Below are positions 37,449-46,598 of a stretch of DNA of 64,000 bases, one piece after another. Source of the DNA: Pseudodonghicola sp. (GTDB lineage: Bacteria > Pseudomonadota > Alphaproteobacteria > Rhodobacterales > Rhodobacteraceae). Location of the stretch: assembly GCA_033791545.1 (NCBI GenBank), contig JASJGL010000159.1, forward strand, positions 18,298-82,297, read 5' to 3'. The first letter of the stretch is position 1. The number at the start of each line of letters is the position of its first letter. The notes below the pieces were generated by a model. The model saw only the letters and a list, made by a program, of their open reading frames with translations, ran no database searches and had not been told where the DNA came from. The position numbers were made by a program, and so were the translations under genes.

Positions 37449-37479
37449 AGCATACAACAAGATGTTGACGTTTACGTAA
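37449..37479 (-). promoter_or_regulatory. Candidate MerR-type promoter with a 19-bp spacer containing the dyad CAACA-N3-TGTTG
   Basis: The minus strand reads TTACGT-aaacgtCAACAtctTGTTG-TATGCT. The dyad is at plus-strand 37455..37467. This is a by-eye prediction only. Confidence 0.3.
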
Positions 37480-37645
37480 CCCATACGTTGCGTCACTTTC
37501 GCCGTGACGTGAGATCACGGCGCCGATCCGGAAAGAGCGAACCCCATGCAGACGGATTCAGCGCTTTCACACTGAATTCGTTGATGAAATTCTGGAAATG
37601 GGCGCTTGCTGCGGTCTGGTGCCTAGCCCGACCCGGAGCTGTGGC

Positions 37646-38014
37646 TCAGGCCAAGCTGCGCAGGATGTCTTTGCGCAGCTGCGCCAACTCGCTCAGCGCC
37701 TCTTCGGTCTGGACCTGCTGCTCCTGCAGGGCCTTGGTCTGGCGATCCGCCATCTCGATAAAGGCGGCAAGCTGCGCCTGCGTGCCCTCGTTTTCATAGA
37801 TCAGCAACCACTGGCGGATCTCTTCAAGTTGAAAGCCGAACTTGCGGCCGCGCATGATCAAGGTCATGCGGGCCCGTTCGCGCGGGCCATAGTAGCGGGA
37901 CCGTCCCTCGCGCTCGGGCGTCAAAAGCTCGATATATTCGTAATACCTCAAGGTACGCGGAGTCACATCGAACTCTGTGCACATTTCCTTGAACGACAAG
38001 CGATGATCAGACAT
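37646..38014 (-). CDS. MerR-family transcriptional regulator, paralog of 36983..37384
   Basis: MSDHRLSFKEMCTEFDVTPRTLRYYEYIELLTPEREGRSRYY...RGRKFGFQLEEIRQWL closely parallels the neighbouring MerR sequence. Confidence 0.85.
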   Translation of the reverse strand: MSDHRLSFKEMCTEFDVTPRTLRYYEYIELLTPEREGRSRYYGPRERARMTLIMRGRKFGFQLEEIRQWLLIYENEGTQAQLAAFIEMADRQTKALQEQQVQTEEALSELAQLRKDILRSLA

Positions 38015-38136
38015 TCATCTTTCTCCCACGCGGCGCAACTTATGGCGACGTAGCAGCAAGCGCAATGCCCCCGGGGCTTGCACTTGGCGCATGGGGAGGA
38101 TGATATAGGCCGAAAGCCGAGACAGGAGCATTCCCC

Positions 38137-38556
38137 GTGATCGACAAGGTCAAAATAGCGCGACAATTCATCGAAGCGGTCCCCCATGCCAGCGCGCTGG
38201 GCATGGAGCTGACCGAGATTGATGACGGGCGTGCGGTGATCAGCATGCCCTATGACAAGCGCCTTGTGGGCGATCCCGAAACCGGGGTGATTCATGGCGG
38301 CGCGGTGTCGGCGATGATGGACACCTGCTGTGGCGCGGCGGTAATGAGCCACCCGTCCGCCCCCGGCGGCACCGCCACCATGGACCTGCGCATCGACTAT
38401 ATGCGTGCGGCCACTCCGGGGCAGCGCATCACCACCACCGCCACCTGCTATCACATCACCCGCAGCGTCGCCTTTGTTCGTGCCACCGCGGTGGACGATG
38501 ACGCCGAGCGTCCCGTCGCCACCGCAACCGGCACCTTTACCGTGGAGAAACGCTGA
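38137..38556 (+). CDS. PaaI-family hotdog-fold thioesterase (first of two)
   Basis: GTG start with CAGGAG 8 nt upstream. GMELTEIDDGRAVISMP...GVIHGGAVSAMMDTCCGAA. Confidence 0.8.
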   Translation: MIDKVKIARQFIEAVPHASALGMELTEIDDGRAVISMPYDKRLVGDPETGVIHGGAVSAMMDTCCGAAVMSHPSAPGGTATMDLRIDYMRAATPGQRITTTATCYHITRSVAFVRATAVDDDAERPVATATGTFTVEKR

Positions 38557-39080
38557 TGGCCCGTCCCCGTCCGGAACCGATTCAGGTGGTCAAACAGCGC
38601 CGCGACTCGGCGCTCAAGGCGCTGGTCGACGCGGTGCCCTATATCCGCTTTCTCGGCATCGAGTTTGATCGTCGAGGCGATGAGCTGACCGCGGTTCTGA
38701 ATTACGACGACAAGCTGATCGGCAACCCGTTTCTGCCGGCGCTGCACGGCGGTGCCACGGCGGCCTTTCTGGAGGTGACGGCGATCATCGCGCTGGGCTG
38801 GGCGCAGGTCTGGCCGCAGATCGAAAGTGGCGCGCTGGACCCGCAGGACATCGCCGCAGGCCGACTGCCGCGAATGCCGAAGACGATTGATTTCACGGTC
38901 GATTACCTGCGCTCGGGCCTGCCGCGTGACGCCTATGCACGGGCGACGATCAACCGCTCGGGGCGCCGCTATGCCTCGGTTCAGGTGGCAGCCTGGCAGG
39001 ACCATCATGACAAGCTCTATGCCCAGGCGACCGGCCATTTCCTGATGGCACCGCCGCCGCCGGCGGACGAGACCGCGTGA
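38556..39080 (+). CDS. PaaI-family hotdog-fold thioesterase (second of two)
   Basis: TGATG overlap with the upstream gene. PYIRFLGIEFDRRGDELTAVL...PALHGGATAAFLEVTAI. Confidence 0.8.
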   Translation: MARPRPEPIQVVKQRRDSALKALVDAVPYIRFLGIEFDRRGDELTAVLNYDDKLIGNPFLPALHGGATAAFLEVTAIIALGWAQVWPQIESGALDPQDIAAGRLPRMPKTIDFTVDYLRSGLPRDAYARATINRSGRRYASVQVAAWQDHHDKLYAQATGHFLMAPPPPADETA

Positions 39081-40408
39081 CGCAGACCACCCCCGCGACG
39101 CTGGGGCAGATCACCCATACCCGGGTGCTGCGAATCGCGATCCCCATCGTATTGTCGAATATCACCGTGCCGGTGCTGGGCGCGGTCGATACCGGTGTGG
39201 TTGGCCAGCTGGGTCTGCCCGGCCCGATCGGGGCGGTGGGGCTGGGGGCGATCATCCTCTCGGCGGTCTATTGGATCTTTGGATTTCTGCGCATGGGGAC
39301 CGTCGGTCTGACCAGTCAGGCGCTGGGGGCCGGGGATCGGGGCGAGGTCTCGGCTCTGCTGACCCGGGCGCTGCTGATCGGTGTGGCGGGCGGCGCGGCG
39401 CTGATCGTGTTGCAGGTGCCGCTGTTCTGGGCGGCGCTGCGCGCGGCCCCCGCCACCGCCGAGGTCGAGGCGCTGAGCACCGGCTATATGCGGGTGCGGA
39501 TCTGGTCGGCCCCGGCGGCGATCGCGATTTATGGCATCACCGGCTGGCTGATCGCGCAGGAGCGCACCCGCGCGGTGCTGTTGTTACAGCTGTGGATGAA
39601 CGGGCTGAATGTCGTGCTCGACCTGTGGTTCGTGCTCGGGCTGGACTGGGGGGTGCAGGGCGTGGCCATCGCCACCTTTCTCGCCGAATGGTCGGGGCTG
39701 GCGCTGGGCCTGTGGTTCTGCCGCGCCGCCTTTGCCCGGCCCGGCTGGCGCGATCCGGCGCTGGTGTTCGAACCGGCCCGGCTCAAGCACATGATGGCGG
39801 TGAACGGGGATATCCTGATCCGGTCGCTGCTGTTGCAGGCGATGTTCGTCAGCTTCCTGTTCATCGGCTCGGGCTTTGGCGACGTGACGCTGGCGGCCAA
39901 TCAGGTGCTGATGCAGTTCCTGACCTTTTCCGCCTTTGCGCTCGACGGGTTCGCCTTTACCGCCGAGACGCTGGTGGGCCAGGCGATGGGGGCGCGCGCC
40001 CGTGACCGGATCCGCCGCGCCGCGCTGATGACCGGCGGCTGGGGGCTGGGCAGCGTGCTGGTGCTGTCTCTGGTCTTTGCCACTGCGGGCGGCGCGATCA
40101 TCGACCTGATGACCACCGCGCCCGAGGTCCGGGTGCAGGCGCGCGTCTTTCTTGGCTATGCGGTCGCGGCGCCGCTGGCCGGTGTGGCGGCCTTCATGCT
40201 GGACGGGATCTTCATCGGCGCCACCGCGTCACGGGACATGCGCAACATGATGGCGGTCAGCTTTGCCATCTATGCCGCCGCGCTGGCCCTGCTGGTGCCG
40301 ACACTCGGCAATCACGGGCTATGGCTGGCGCTGCTTATCTCGTTCGTTGCGCGCGCGGTCACACTTGGGCTGCGCTATCCGGCGTTGGAGGCGCGGGCAT
40401 CCGGGTAG
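39077..40408 (+). CDS. MATE-family efflux transporter (DinF-like)
   Basis: GTGA overlap with the upstream stop. 443 aa, 12 predicted TM helices. N-terminus RIAIPIVLSNITVPVLGAVDTGVVGQLG. Confidence 0.85.
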   Translation: MTQTTPATLGQITHTRVLRIAIPIVLSNITVPVLGAVDTGVVGQLGLPGPIGAVGLGAIILSAVYWIFGFLRMGTVGLTSQALGAGDRGEVSALLTRALLIGVAGGAALIVLQVPLFWAALRAAPATAEVEALSTGYMRVRIWSAPAAIAIYGITGWLIAQERTRAVLLLQLWMNGLNVVLDLWFVLGLDWGVQGVAIATFLAEWSGLALGLWFCRAAFARPGWRDPALVFEPARLKHMMAVNGDILIRSLLLQAMFVSFLFIGSGFGDVTLAANQVLMQFLTFSAFALDGFAFTAETLVGQAMGARARDRIRRAALMTGGWGLGSVLVLSLVFATAGGAIIDLMTTAPEVRVQARVFLGYAVAAPLAGVAAFMLDGIFIGATASRDMRNMMAVSFAIYAAALALLVPTLGNHGLWLALLISFVARAVTLGLRYPALEARASG

Positions 40409-40455
40409 GGGCCCCGGATCTTCCCGCGGCGTCGAGGCGGTGGGGTTTGCAAGTT

Positions 40456-40500
40456 GAGTATTTGCAACAAGAAGAAATGAGTATTTGAAACAAGAAGAAG
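40456..40500 (+). repeat. Two tandem copies of the intergenic repeat (GAGTATTTGCAACAAGAAGAA, then GAGTATTTGAAACAAGAAGAAG)
   Basis: Read directly from the sequence, between convergent MATE and arsC. A CCACG/CGTGG hairpin follows. Confidence 0.85.
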
Positions 40501-40558
40501 CTGCCACGGAAGGACGTGGCGCGCGCGGCTCTGCCCGACGCCTGAGCCGCAATCGGGA

Positions 40559-40903
40559 TCAGAGCAACTGTAACACCTTTTCCGGCGGGCGGCCGATGAC
40601 GGCGCGCTCGCCCGAGATTGCCAGCGGCCGTTCGATCAGGATCGGATGATCCGCCATCGCGGCCATCAGCCGGGCGTCGTCATCACCCTTGGACAAGCCA
40701 AGCTCCTTGAACAGCGCTTCGCCGGGGCGCATCATCTCGATCACCGGTGGCGTGCCTAGCGCAGCGCGGGCGGCGGCGAGCTCTGCGGCGCTGGGCGCGT
40801 CTTCAAGGTAGCGCCGGATCTGGACCTCGACGCCGCGCTCTTGCAGCAGCGCCAGAGCCTGACGCGATTTCGAACAGCGCGGGTTGTGCCAGTATTCGAT
40901 CAT
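40559..40903 (-). CDS. arsC: ArsC-family (glutaredoxin-type) arsenate reductase-like protein
   Basis: Trimmed to ATG 40903 ([17 protein letters not shown]...HPILIERPL). ATGA overlap with the pyrD stop. Confidence 0.75.
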   Translation of the reverse strand: MIEYWHNPRCSKSRQALALLQERGVEVQIRRYLEDAPSAAELAAARAALGTPPVIEMMRPGEALFKELGLSKGDDDARLMAAMADHPILIERPLAISGERAVIGRPPEKVLQLL

Positions 40904-41958
40904 AGCCAATCCTCTCGGCTGGTGCCGACGGCCTCGGCGACGTTTGCGAACCCGTCCCGCGCCAGCAAGGCGTCGAGCCCGGCGGTGATCTCGCGCACCA
41001 GGCTCATGCCCTGATAGACCAGCGCGGTATAAAGCTGCACGGCGCTGGCCCCGGCGCGGATCTTGGCATAGGCCTGCTCGGGTGAAGAAATGCCGCCGAC
41101 CCCGATCAGCGGGACCTGCCCCTCGGTCAGGGTGCTGAGACGCGCCAAAACGCGGGTGGAGCTCTCAAAAAGCGGCGCACCAGAAAGTCCGCCGGCCTCG
41201 TCGCGTTGGGCGCTGCTCAGCCCGTCTCGCGACAGCGTGGTATTGGTGGCGATGATGGCGTCCACCCGGCTGGCACGCGCCACATCGGCGATATCGACCA
41301 GCTCATCCTCGCTTAGATCCGGCGCGATCTTGAGAAACACCGGGATCGGGCGCGCCAGCGCATCGCGTGCCCCCATCACCCCTGCCAACAACACTGAAAG
41401 CGCCGCCTTGCCCTGCAGATCGCGCAGTTTCTCGGTGTTGGGGGAGGAGACATTGACGGTCGCGAAATCCAGATGCGCGCCGCAATGGGCCAGCACCCGG
41501 GCGAAATCACCGGCGCGGTCGGCGCTGTCCTTGTTGGCCCCCAGATTGAGGCCGATCACCGCGTCTTTCGGACGTGTCGCCAACCGCGCGGCGATCACCT
41601 CCATGCCGTCGTTGTTGAAGCCGAAGCGGTTGATCACGGCGCGATCCTCGGTCAGGCGGAACAGGCGCGGTTTCGGGGTGCCGGGCTGCGGGCGCGGGGT
41701 GGCTGCCCCGACCTCGATAAACCCGAAGCCGCAGCGGGACAGCGCGGACAGCACCTCGGCGTTCTTGTCATAACCCGCCGCCAGACCAACCGGGTTGGGC
41801 AGTGCGATCCCCGCAAGCTTCGTGCGCAGACGCGGCGAGGTCAGGGGGCCGGGGGTGGGCACCAGACCCATCTTCAGCGCCTTGATCGACAGCCCGTGCG
41901 CGATCTCGGGGTCGACCCGGTGCAACAGCGCCAGCCCGGCCTTTTCCACCAGCGTCAC
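40900..41958 (-). CDS. pyrD: Dihydroorotate dehydrogenase (quinone), class 2
   Basis: Trimmed to GTG 41958, with GGAGGAG 5 nt upstream. [40 protein letters not shown]-like segment, and GVGGISS. Confidence 0.9.
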   Translation of the reverse strand: MTLVEKAGLALLHRVDPEIAHGLSIKALKMGLVPTPGPLTSPRLRTKLAGIALPNPVGLAAGYDKNAEVLSALSRCGFGFIEVGAATPRPQPGTPKPRLFRLTEDRAVINRFGFNNDGMEVIAARLATRPKDAVIGLNLGANKDSADRAGDFARVLAHCGAHLDFATVNVSSPNTEKLRDLQGKAALSVLLAGVMGARDALARPIPVFLKIAPDLSEDELVDIADVARASRVDAIIATNTTLSRDGLSSAQRDEAGGLSGAPLFESSTRVLARLSTLTEGQVPLIGVGGISSPEQAYAKIRAGASAVQLYTALVYQGMSLVREITAGLDALLARDGFANVAEAVGTSREDWL

Positions 41959-42293
41959 GCCATCTCCTCCGGAAAGCGATGCACGCCCGCCACCAGCGGC
42001 AGCGGCTTGGCCCAAAGCACATCAGCCATCCGCAATCTGCGGTACAGATGCGGGAATTTCGCACCACCGCGCGAGACCTCCCATCTCAGGGCCTCTCCCA
42101 GCGCGGCGCTGTCGCAGGCCAGCAGCATCAGCCCCTCGGCCCCGGCGAAATGTTTCGCGGCGGTCTCGGCGGCCTGTTCGGCGGTTGAGAAATGGACAAA
42201 GCCATCGGCCTTGTCGATCGGCGCGCCCTCGGTCTCGCCCGCCTGTTGCAGGCTGGCCCATTCGTCGGCGCGGAATATCTTGTAAATCAGCAT
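41955..42293 (-). CDS. DUF952 family protein
   Basis: Trimmed to ATG 42293 ([37 protein letters not shown]...FPHLY). Its stop overlaps the pyrD GTG (GTGA). Confidence 0.75.
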   Translation of the reverse strand: MLIYKIFRADEWASLQQAGETEGAPIDKADGFVHFSTAEQAAETAAKHFAGAEGLMLLACDSAALGEALRWEVSRGGAKFPHLYRRLRMADVLWAKPLPLVAGVHRFPEEMA

Positions 42294-42421
42294 GCTCGCG
42301 GTGATGCCCCGACGGCGCGGCGGAATCAAGCGTGATCCGCCGCGCAGGGGTGGGCGAATCTTTGACTCGGAAGCCGTGTCAGAGCAGCATTGTCACGAAT
42401 TTTCACCAGGGAGATTTTGCC

Positions 42422-43996
42422 ATGACGATGCGCTTTTTCACTCCGCTCGCGGCGCTGGCACTCAGCGCCGGCGCGGCGGCGGCCGATTATCAACTGACCA
42501 TTTTGCATACCAATGATTTCCACGCCCGGTTCGAGCCGATCAGCAAATACGACAGCGGCTGCTCGGCCGAGGATAACACCGCGGGCAAATGCTTTGGCGG
42601 TTCTGCCCGGCTGGTCTCGGCGGTGGCGGCGGCGCGGGCACGCTCAAACAATTCGATCCTTGTCGATGGCGGCGACCAGTTTCAGGGCACGCTGTTCTAT
42701 ACCTATTACAAGGGCAAGGTCGCGGCCGAGATGATGACCAAGCTGGGCTATGACGCGATGACCGTGGGCAACCACGAATTCGACGACGGGCCAGAGGTGC
42801 TGCGCGGTTTCATGGATGCGGTCGGCTTTCCGGTGCTGATGTCGAATGCGGATTTCTCCGCCGAGGCGCATCTGGCGGGCAAGCTTTTGAAATCCACGGT
42901 GATCGAGCGCGGCGGCGAAAAGCTGGGGCTGATCGGGCTGACCCCCGAGAATACCGATGAATTGGCCAGCCCCGGGGCCAATGTGCACTTCAGCGATCCG
43001 GTCTCTGCCGTTCAGGGCGAGGTTGACCGGTTGGCTGCGCAGGGCGTCAACAAGATCATCGTGCTCAGCCATTCCGGCTATCACGTCGATCAACGCGTCG
43101 CCGCCGAGACCACCGGCGTCGATGTGATCGTGGGCGGGCATACCAACACCTATCTCAGCAATGTCTCGGACCGGGCGGTCGGCCCCTATCCGACCATGGT
43201 CAACGGCGTGGCGATCGTATCGGCCTATGCCTATGGCAAGTTTCTGGGCGAGCTGAACGTGAGCTTTGACGATGCCGGCACCCTGATCGAGGCGCGCGGC
43301 GAGCCGCTGATCATGGATGCGGGCGTGAGCGAGGATGGTGCCACCGTCGCGCGCATAACTGAGCTGGCCCAGCCGTTGGAGCAGATCCGGCAAAAGGTGG
43401 TGGCCGAAACCCTCGAAGCTGTCGAGGGCAGCGGCGCGGTGTGCCGGGTGCAGGAATGCGCGATGGGCAATCTGGTCGCCGATGCGATGTTGGCGCGGGG
43501 GGCCGCGCAGGGGGTGCGCATCGCGATTGCCAATTCCGGCGGGCTCAGGGCCGGCATTGACGCGGGCGAGGTGACGATGGGGGAGGTGCTGACAGTGCTG
43601 CCGTTCCAGAACACGCTGTCGACCTTCGAGATCACGGGCCAAGGTCTGATCGACGCGCTGGAGAATGGCGTCAGCCAGGTTGAAGAGGTGGCCGGTCGCT
43701 TTCCGCAGGTGGCGGGCATGAGTTTTGCATGGGATCCCGCCGCGCCGGTGGGGGCGCGGATTTCCGACGTGATGGTGGCCAGCGGTGATGGCCCTGTGCC
43801 GCTTGATCCGGGCGCGACCTATCTGGCGGTGACCAACAACTATGTCCGCAACGGTGGAGATGGCTACAAGATGTTCTCGGGCGATGACAAGAACGCCTAT
43901 GACTACGGCCCGGATCTGGCGGATGTGACGGCCGAGTATCTTGCCGCGCATGCGCCCTATCAGCCCTATACCGATGGGCGGATCACGCGGAAGTAA
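42422..43996 (+). CDS. Secreted bifunctional metallophosphatase / 5'-nucleotidase (UshA-like)
   Basis: Trimmed to ATG 42422. Signal peptide MTMRFFTPLAALALSAGAAAA. Motifs HTNDFHARF, GGDQFQG, GNHEFD, GGHTN. Confidence 0.88.
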   Translation: MTMRFFTPLAALALSAGAAAADYQLTILHTNDFHARFEPISKYDSGCSAEDNTAGKCFGGSARLVSAVAAARARSNNSILVDGGDQFQGTLFYTYYKGKVAAEMMTKLGYDAMTVGNHEFDDGPEVLRGFMDAVGFPVLMSNADFSAEAHLAGKLLKSTVIERGGEKLGLIGLTPENTDELASPGANVHFSDPVSAVQGEVDRLAAQGVNKIIVLSHSGYHVDQRVAAETTGVDVIVGGHTNTYLSNVSDRAVGPYPTMVNGVAIVSAYAYGKFLGELNVSFDDAGTLIEARGEPLIMDAGVSEDGATVARITELAQPLEQIRQKVVAETLEAVEGSGAVCRVQECAMGNLVADAMLARGAAQGVRIAIANSGGLRAGIDAGEVTMGEVLTVLPFQNTLSTFEITGQGLIDALENGVSQVEEVAGRFPQVAGMSFAWDPAAPVGARISDVMVASGDGPVPLDPGATYLAVTNNYVRNGGDGYKMFSGDDKNAYDYGPDLADVTAEYLAAHAPYQPYTDGRITRK

Positions 43997-44015
43997 AACG
44001 TGATCTTCAAGGGGC

Positions 44016-44041
44016 ACCGGGGGGAGAGCGCGCCCCCCGGT
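44016..44041. terminator. 9-bp GC stem hairpin between convergent genes
   Basis: accgggggg-agagcgcg-ccccccggt. The T tract is weak. Confidence 0.4.
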
Positions 44042-44064
44042 TCATGTTCGAGCCGAGGCTGGGC

Positions 44065-45810
44065 TTACCCTTCCAGCCCGGGCCAGAGTGCCGGGGCGAG
44101 GCCGGCGATGAACGGGGCAAGCACCGCTTCGTGCTCACGCCAGCGACCGACCGACTTGCGGTGCACCGGCTGGCGTACTTGCCCGGCGCTGAGGGTCAGG
44201 ACCGCGGCATCGGTCTGCTCGGGCCGCGCCATTTGCGCCGCCCAGTCCAATCCGCAATAGCTGGCCAGCGTGCGGCTGGCGGCCTCTGGATCGACGGTCA
44301 TGTCTTCATAGGACAGATCAAGGATCTGCCCCGGAAGCAGCCGGTGCCAGAACGCCATGATTTCGGCGTAGAGGTTGAAGCGATGCGCCATCGCGCGCAG
44401 GTCATAAGTGTAGTTCAGCGCGCGGCCTGAAAAATGCCCGCGCCACATCGACAGCGCCACATCGCGTGGATCGCGGCGTAGATGTACGAAACGCGCCTCG
44501 GGATGTACGGTTTTCAGAAACCCGATCAGCCGATAGTTCTCGGGCATCTTGTCGGTATAGGTGGCGATCCCCTCAGGCAGGGCGGGGCGCATCCGCTGTT
44601 CCTTGTCCAGATAGGCCGCGATTTCACCCGCGCCAAAGGGGGTGCCTGCCTCGATCAGCGGATACAGCAGTCGCCCGGCCGTGATCTGTTCCCCCAAGGC
44701 CTGCACATCGGGGTGCGCGCCCAGCATCGTTTCCGCCAGCGTCGTGCCCGAACGTGGCAGCCCCAGCACATAAATCGGCCGGATCGGCTGCTTTGCTCCG
44801 GTCTGCGAGGGCGGCGCGGCAAAACGGTCCATGATCGCGCGGTTCAGCGCGCTGTCGCGGATCGCGTCATAGGGCAGAGCGCGGGCCATGTCGCGGTTGG
44901 CATCGTTCAGATACCGCGCCTCGGCCGGGGTATCGCCCGCCTGCTGGGCGATCCGGGCCAGCGCGAAATTCAGGCTGGCGCGTTCTTGGTGTCGCGATCC
45001 CACGTGTTTCAACGCCGCGCGCGCCGCTTTGGAGAGCGCGGCGTTCTCCTCGCGGCTTTGCAGCGCGGCCAGCTGTTCGATCGCCTCGGAATTCTGCGGC
45101 TCCAAAGTCAGGATTTGGTGATACTCGCCTTGCGCGGCGACAGGGGCGCCGGTTTCGACATAGCTTGCCGCCAGACGCAGATGCGCGCCGATATGGGCTG
45201 GGGCCAACTGCACCGCACGGCGGGCGGCGTCCAGAGCCGCGTCATAGCGGGTCTGACGGGCCAGCGGCAGGCTGATATTGATCAATGTGTCGACATTGTT
45301 GGGATCAAGCACAAGCGCGGCCTCGAAATCCTGTAGCGCCAGATCGGTCAGACCCAGCGTATTGCGCAGCACGCCGCGCAGGTTGAAGTTGCGCGGCTGG
45401 CGCGGCGCCAGCTCGACCGCGCGCGTGACGGCGGCTTCTGCGGCTTCGGTCTGGCCCTGATTGGCAAGTGCCTGTGCCCGAAGATAGTGGGCCCCTTCGT
45501 CTCCGGGAGCGTTCGCGACCATGCGGTCCAGCATCTTCAATGCCTTTTCCGGCATGTCGAGCAGGATCAGGGTCTGTGCCATGTTGCGTTGCGCATCAAC
45601 AAACTGCGGGTCCAACCGGATCGCCTTTTGGAACATCGCGATTGCGGCGCGTTGCTGTCCCAGACCGCACATCGCCAGCCCCGCCAGATTGGCAAAGCGC
45701 GGATCCTTTGGGTACCGGGCCATGGCGGGTTTGACGGTTTTCAGCGCCGCCTTGTACTCTGCACGCATGAGCAAAGTCTGAGCTGTCGCGAATGGGGCAT
45801 TTTGTGTCAT
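44065..45810 (-). CDS. TPR-repeat protein fused to a sulfotransferase domain
   Basis: Trimmed to ATG 45810. The N-terminal half is TPR-like. The C-terminal half has the PAPS-binding 5'-PSB motif LGLPRSGTTL and RDPRDVALS. Confidence 0.8.
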   Translation of the reverse strand: MTQNAPFATAQTLLMRAEYKAALKTVKPAMARYPKDPRFANLAGLAMCGLGQQRAAIAMFQKAIRLDPQFVDAQRNMAQTLILLDMPEKALKMLDRMVANAPGDEGAHYLRAQALANQGQTEAAEAAVTRAVELAPRQPRNFNLRGVLRNTLGLTDLALQDFEAALVLDPNNVDTLINISLPLARQTRYDAALDAARRAVQLAPAHIGAHLRLAASYVETGAPVAAQGEYHQILTLEPQNSEAIEQLAALQSREENAALSKAARAALKHVGSRHQERASLNFALARIAQQAGDTPAEARYLNDANRDMARALPYDAIRDSALNRAIMDRFAAPPSQTGAKQPIRPIYVLGLPRSGTTLAETMLGAHPDVQALGEQITAGRLLYPLIEAGTPFGAGEIAAYLDKEQRMRPALPEGIATYTDKMPENYRLIGFLKTVHPEARFVHLRRDPRDVALSMWRGHFSGRALNYTYDLRAMAHRFNLYAEIMAFWHRLLPGQILDLSYEDMTVDPEAASRTLASYCGLDWAAQMARPEQTDAAVLTLSAGQVRQPVHRKSVGRWREHEAVLAPFIAGLAPALWPGLEG

Positions 45811-45923
45811 GAAACAGGTACATAAATCGGTTGCTGACAGGTGCAATCCAGTTTGTGAAAACAGACCGGACATGGCGCAACTCAGCACCACCGCTGATTG
45901 CGATCTGAGCAGAGAGGGATGAT

Positions 45924-46598
45924 ATGTGCGGACGGCTCGCGGTGACCCTGCCCAATGACGCGATGGCGCGGATATTTGCAGCGCAGCCTTCGAACGATCT
46001 GCCCGCCGTTCCCAACTTCAACGTCTGTCCGACGACCCGCGTGCATGTGGTGCGGGCAGGGGATGCGGGTCGGCGGTTGCTGGCGATGCGCTGGGGCTTC
46101 CTGCCACAGTGGTACAAGACCCCCTCAGACGGGCCGCTGCTGATCAACGCCCGGGCCGAAACGCTGGCCGAGAAACCTGCCTTTCGCGCCGCCTGTCGCG
46201 ACCGGCGCTGCATCGTGGTTGCGAGCGGATTCTATGAGTGGACCAAAACCGACGAAGGGCAGCGCCTGCCGTGGTACATATATCGGCGCGACGCTGCGCC
46301 GCTGGCCTTTGGCGCGGTCTGGCAGGATTGGGGCGCGCCCGATCCGCAGCCCACCTGCGCTATTGTCACCACCAAGGCCAGCGCGGCGCTGTCGGGGATC
46401 CATCACCGTATGCCCCTGGTGCTTGAGGCCGCCGACTGGCCGCTTTGGCTGGGCGAGGCCGGGCGCGGGGCGGCCCGGTTGATGCGGCCGGCGCCGGGCG
46501 ATGTGTTTGACTGGTACCGGGTCGGAACGGCGGTGAATTCCAACCGGGCAACGGGGGCAGAGCTGATCGCGCCCCTAGCCCGGATTGAACGCGGCTAG
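45924..46598 (+). CDS. SOS response-associated peptidase (SRAP/YedK family)
   Basis: The N-terminal MCGR provides the catalytic Cys2. FNVCPT, LINARAET, ASGFYEW, IHHRMPLVL. Confidence 0.88.
   Translation: MCGRLAVTLPNDAMARIFAAQPSNDLPAVPNFNVCPTTRVHVVRAGDAGRRLLAMRWGFLPQWYKTPSDGPLLINARAETLAEKPAFRAACRDRRCIVVASGFYEWTKTDEGQRLPWYIYRRDAAPLAFGAVWQDWGAPDPQPTCAIVTTKASAALSGIHHRMPLVLEAADWPLWLGEAGRGAARLMRPAPGDVFDWYRVGTAVNSNRATGAELIAPLARIERG

Noticed and set aside
45811-45923. An alphaproteobacterial SOS box (GTTC-N7-GTTC / GAAC-N7-GAAC) upstream of the SRAP (YedK-like) gene.
   Set aside because: No such direct repeat is present in the 113-bp upstream region, so there is no sequence support for LexA control here.
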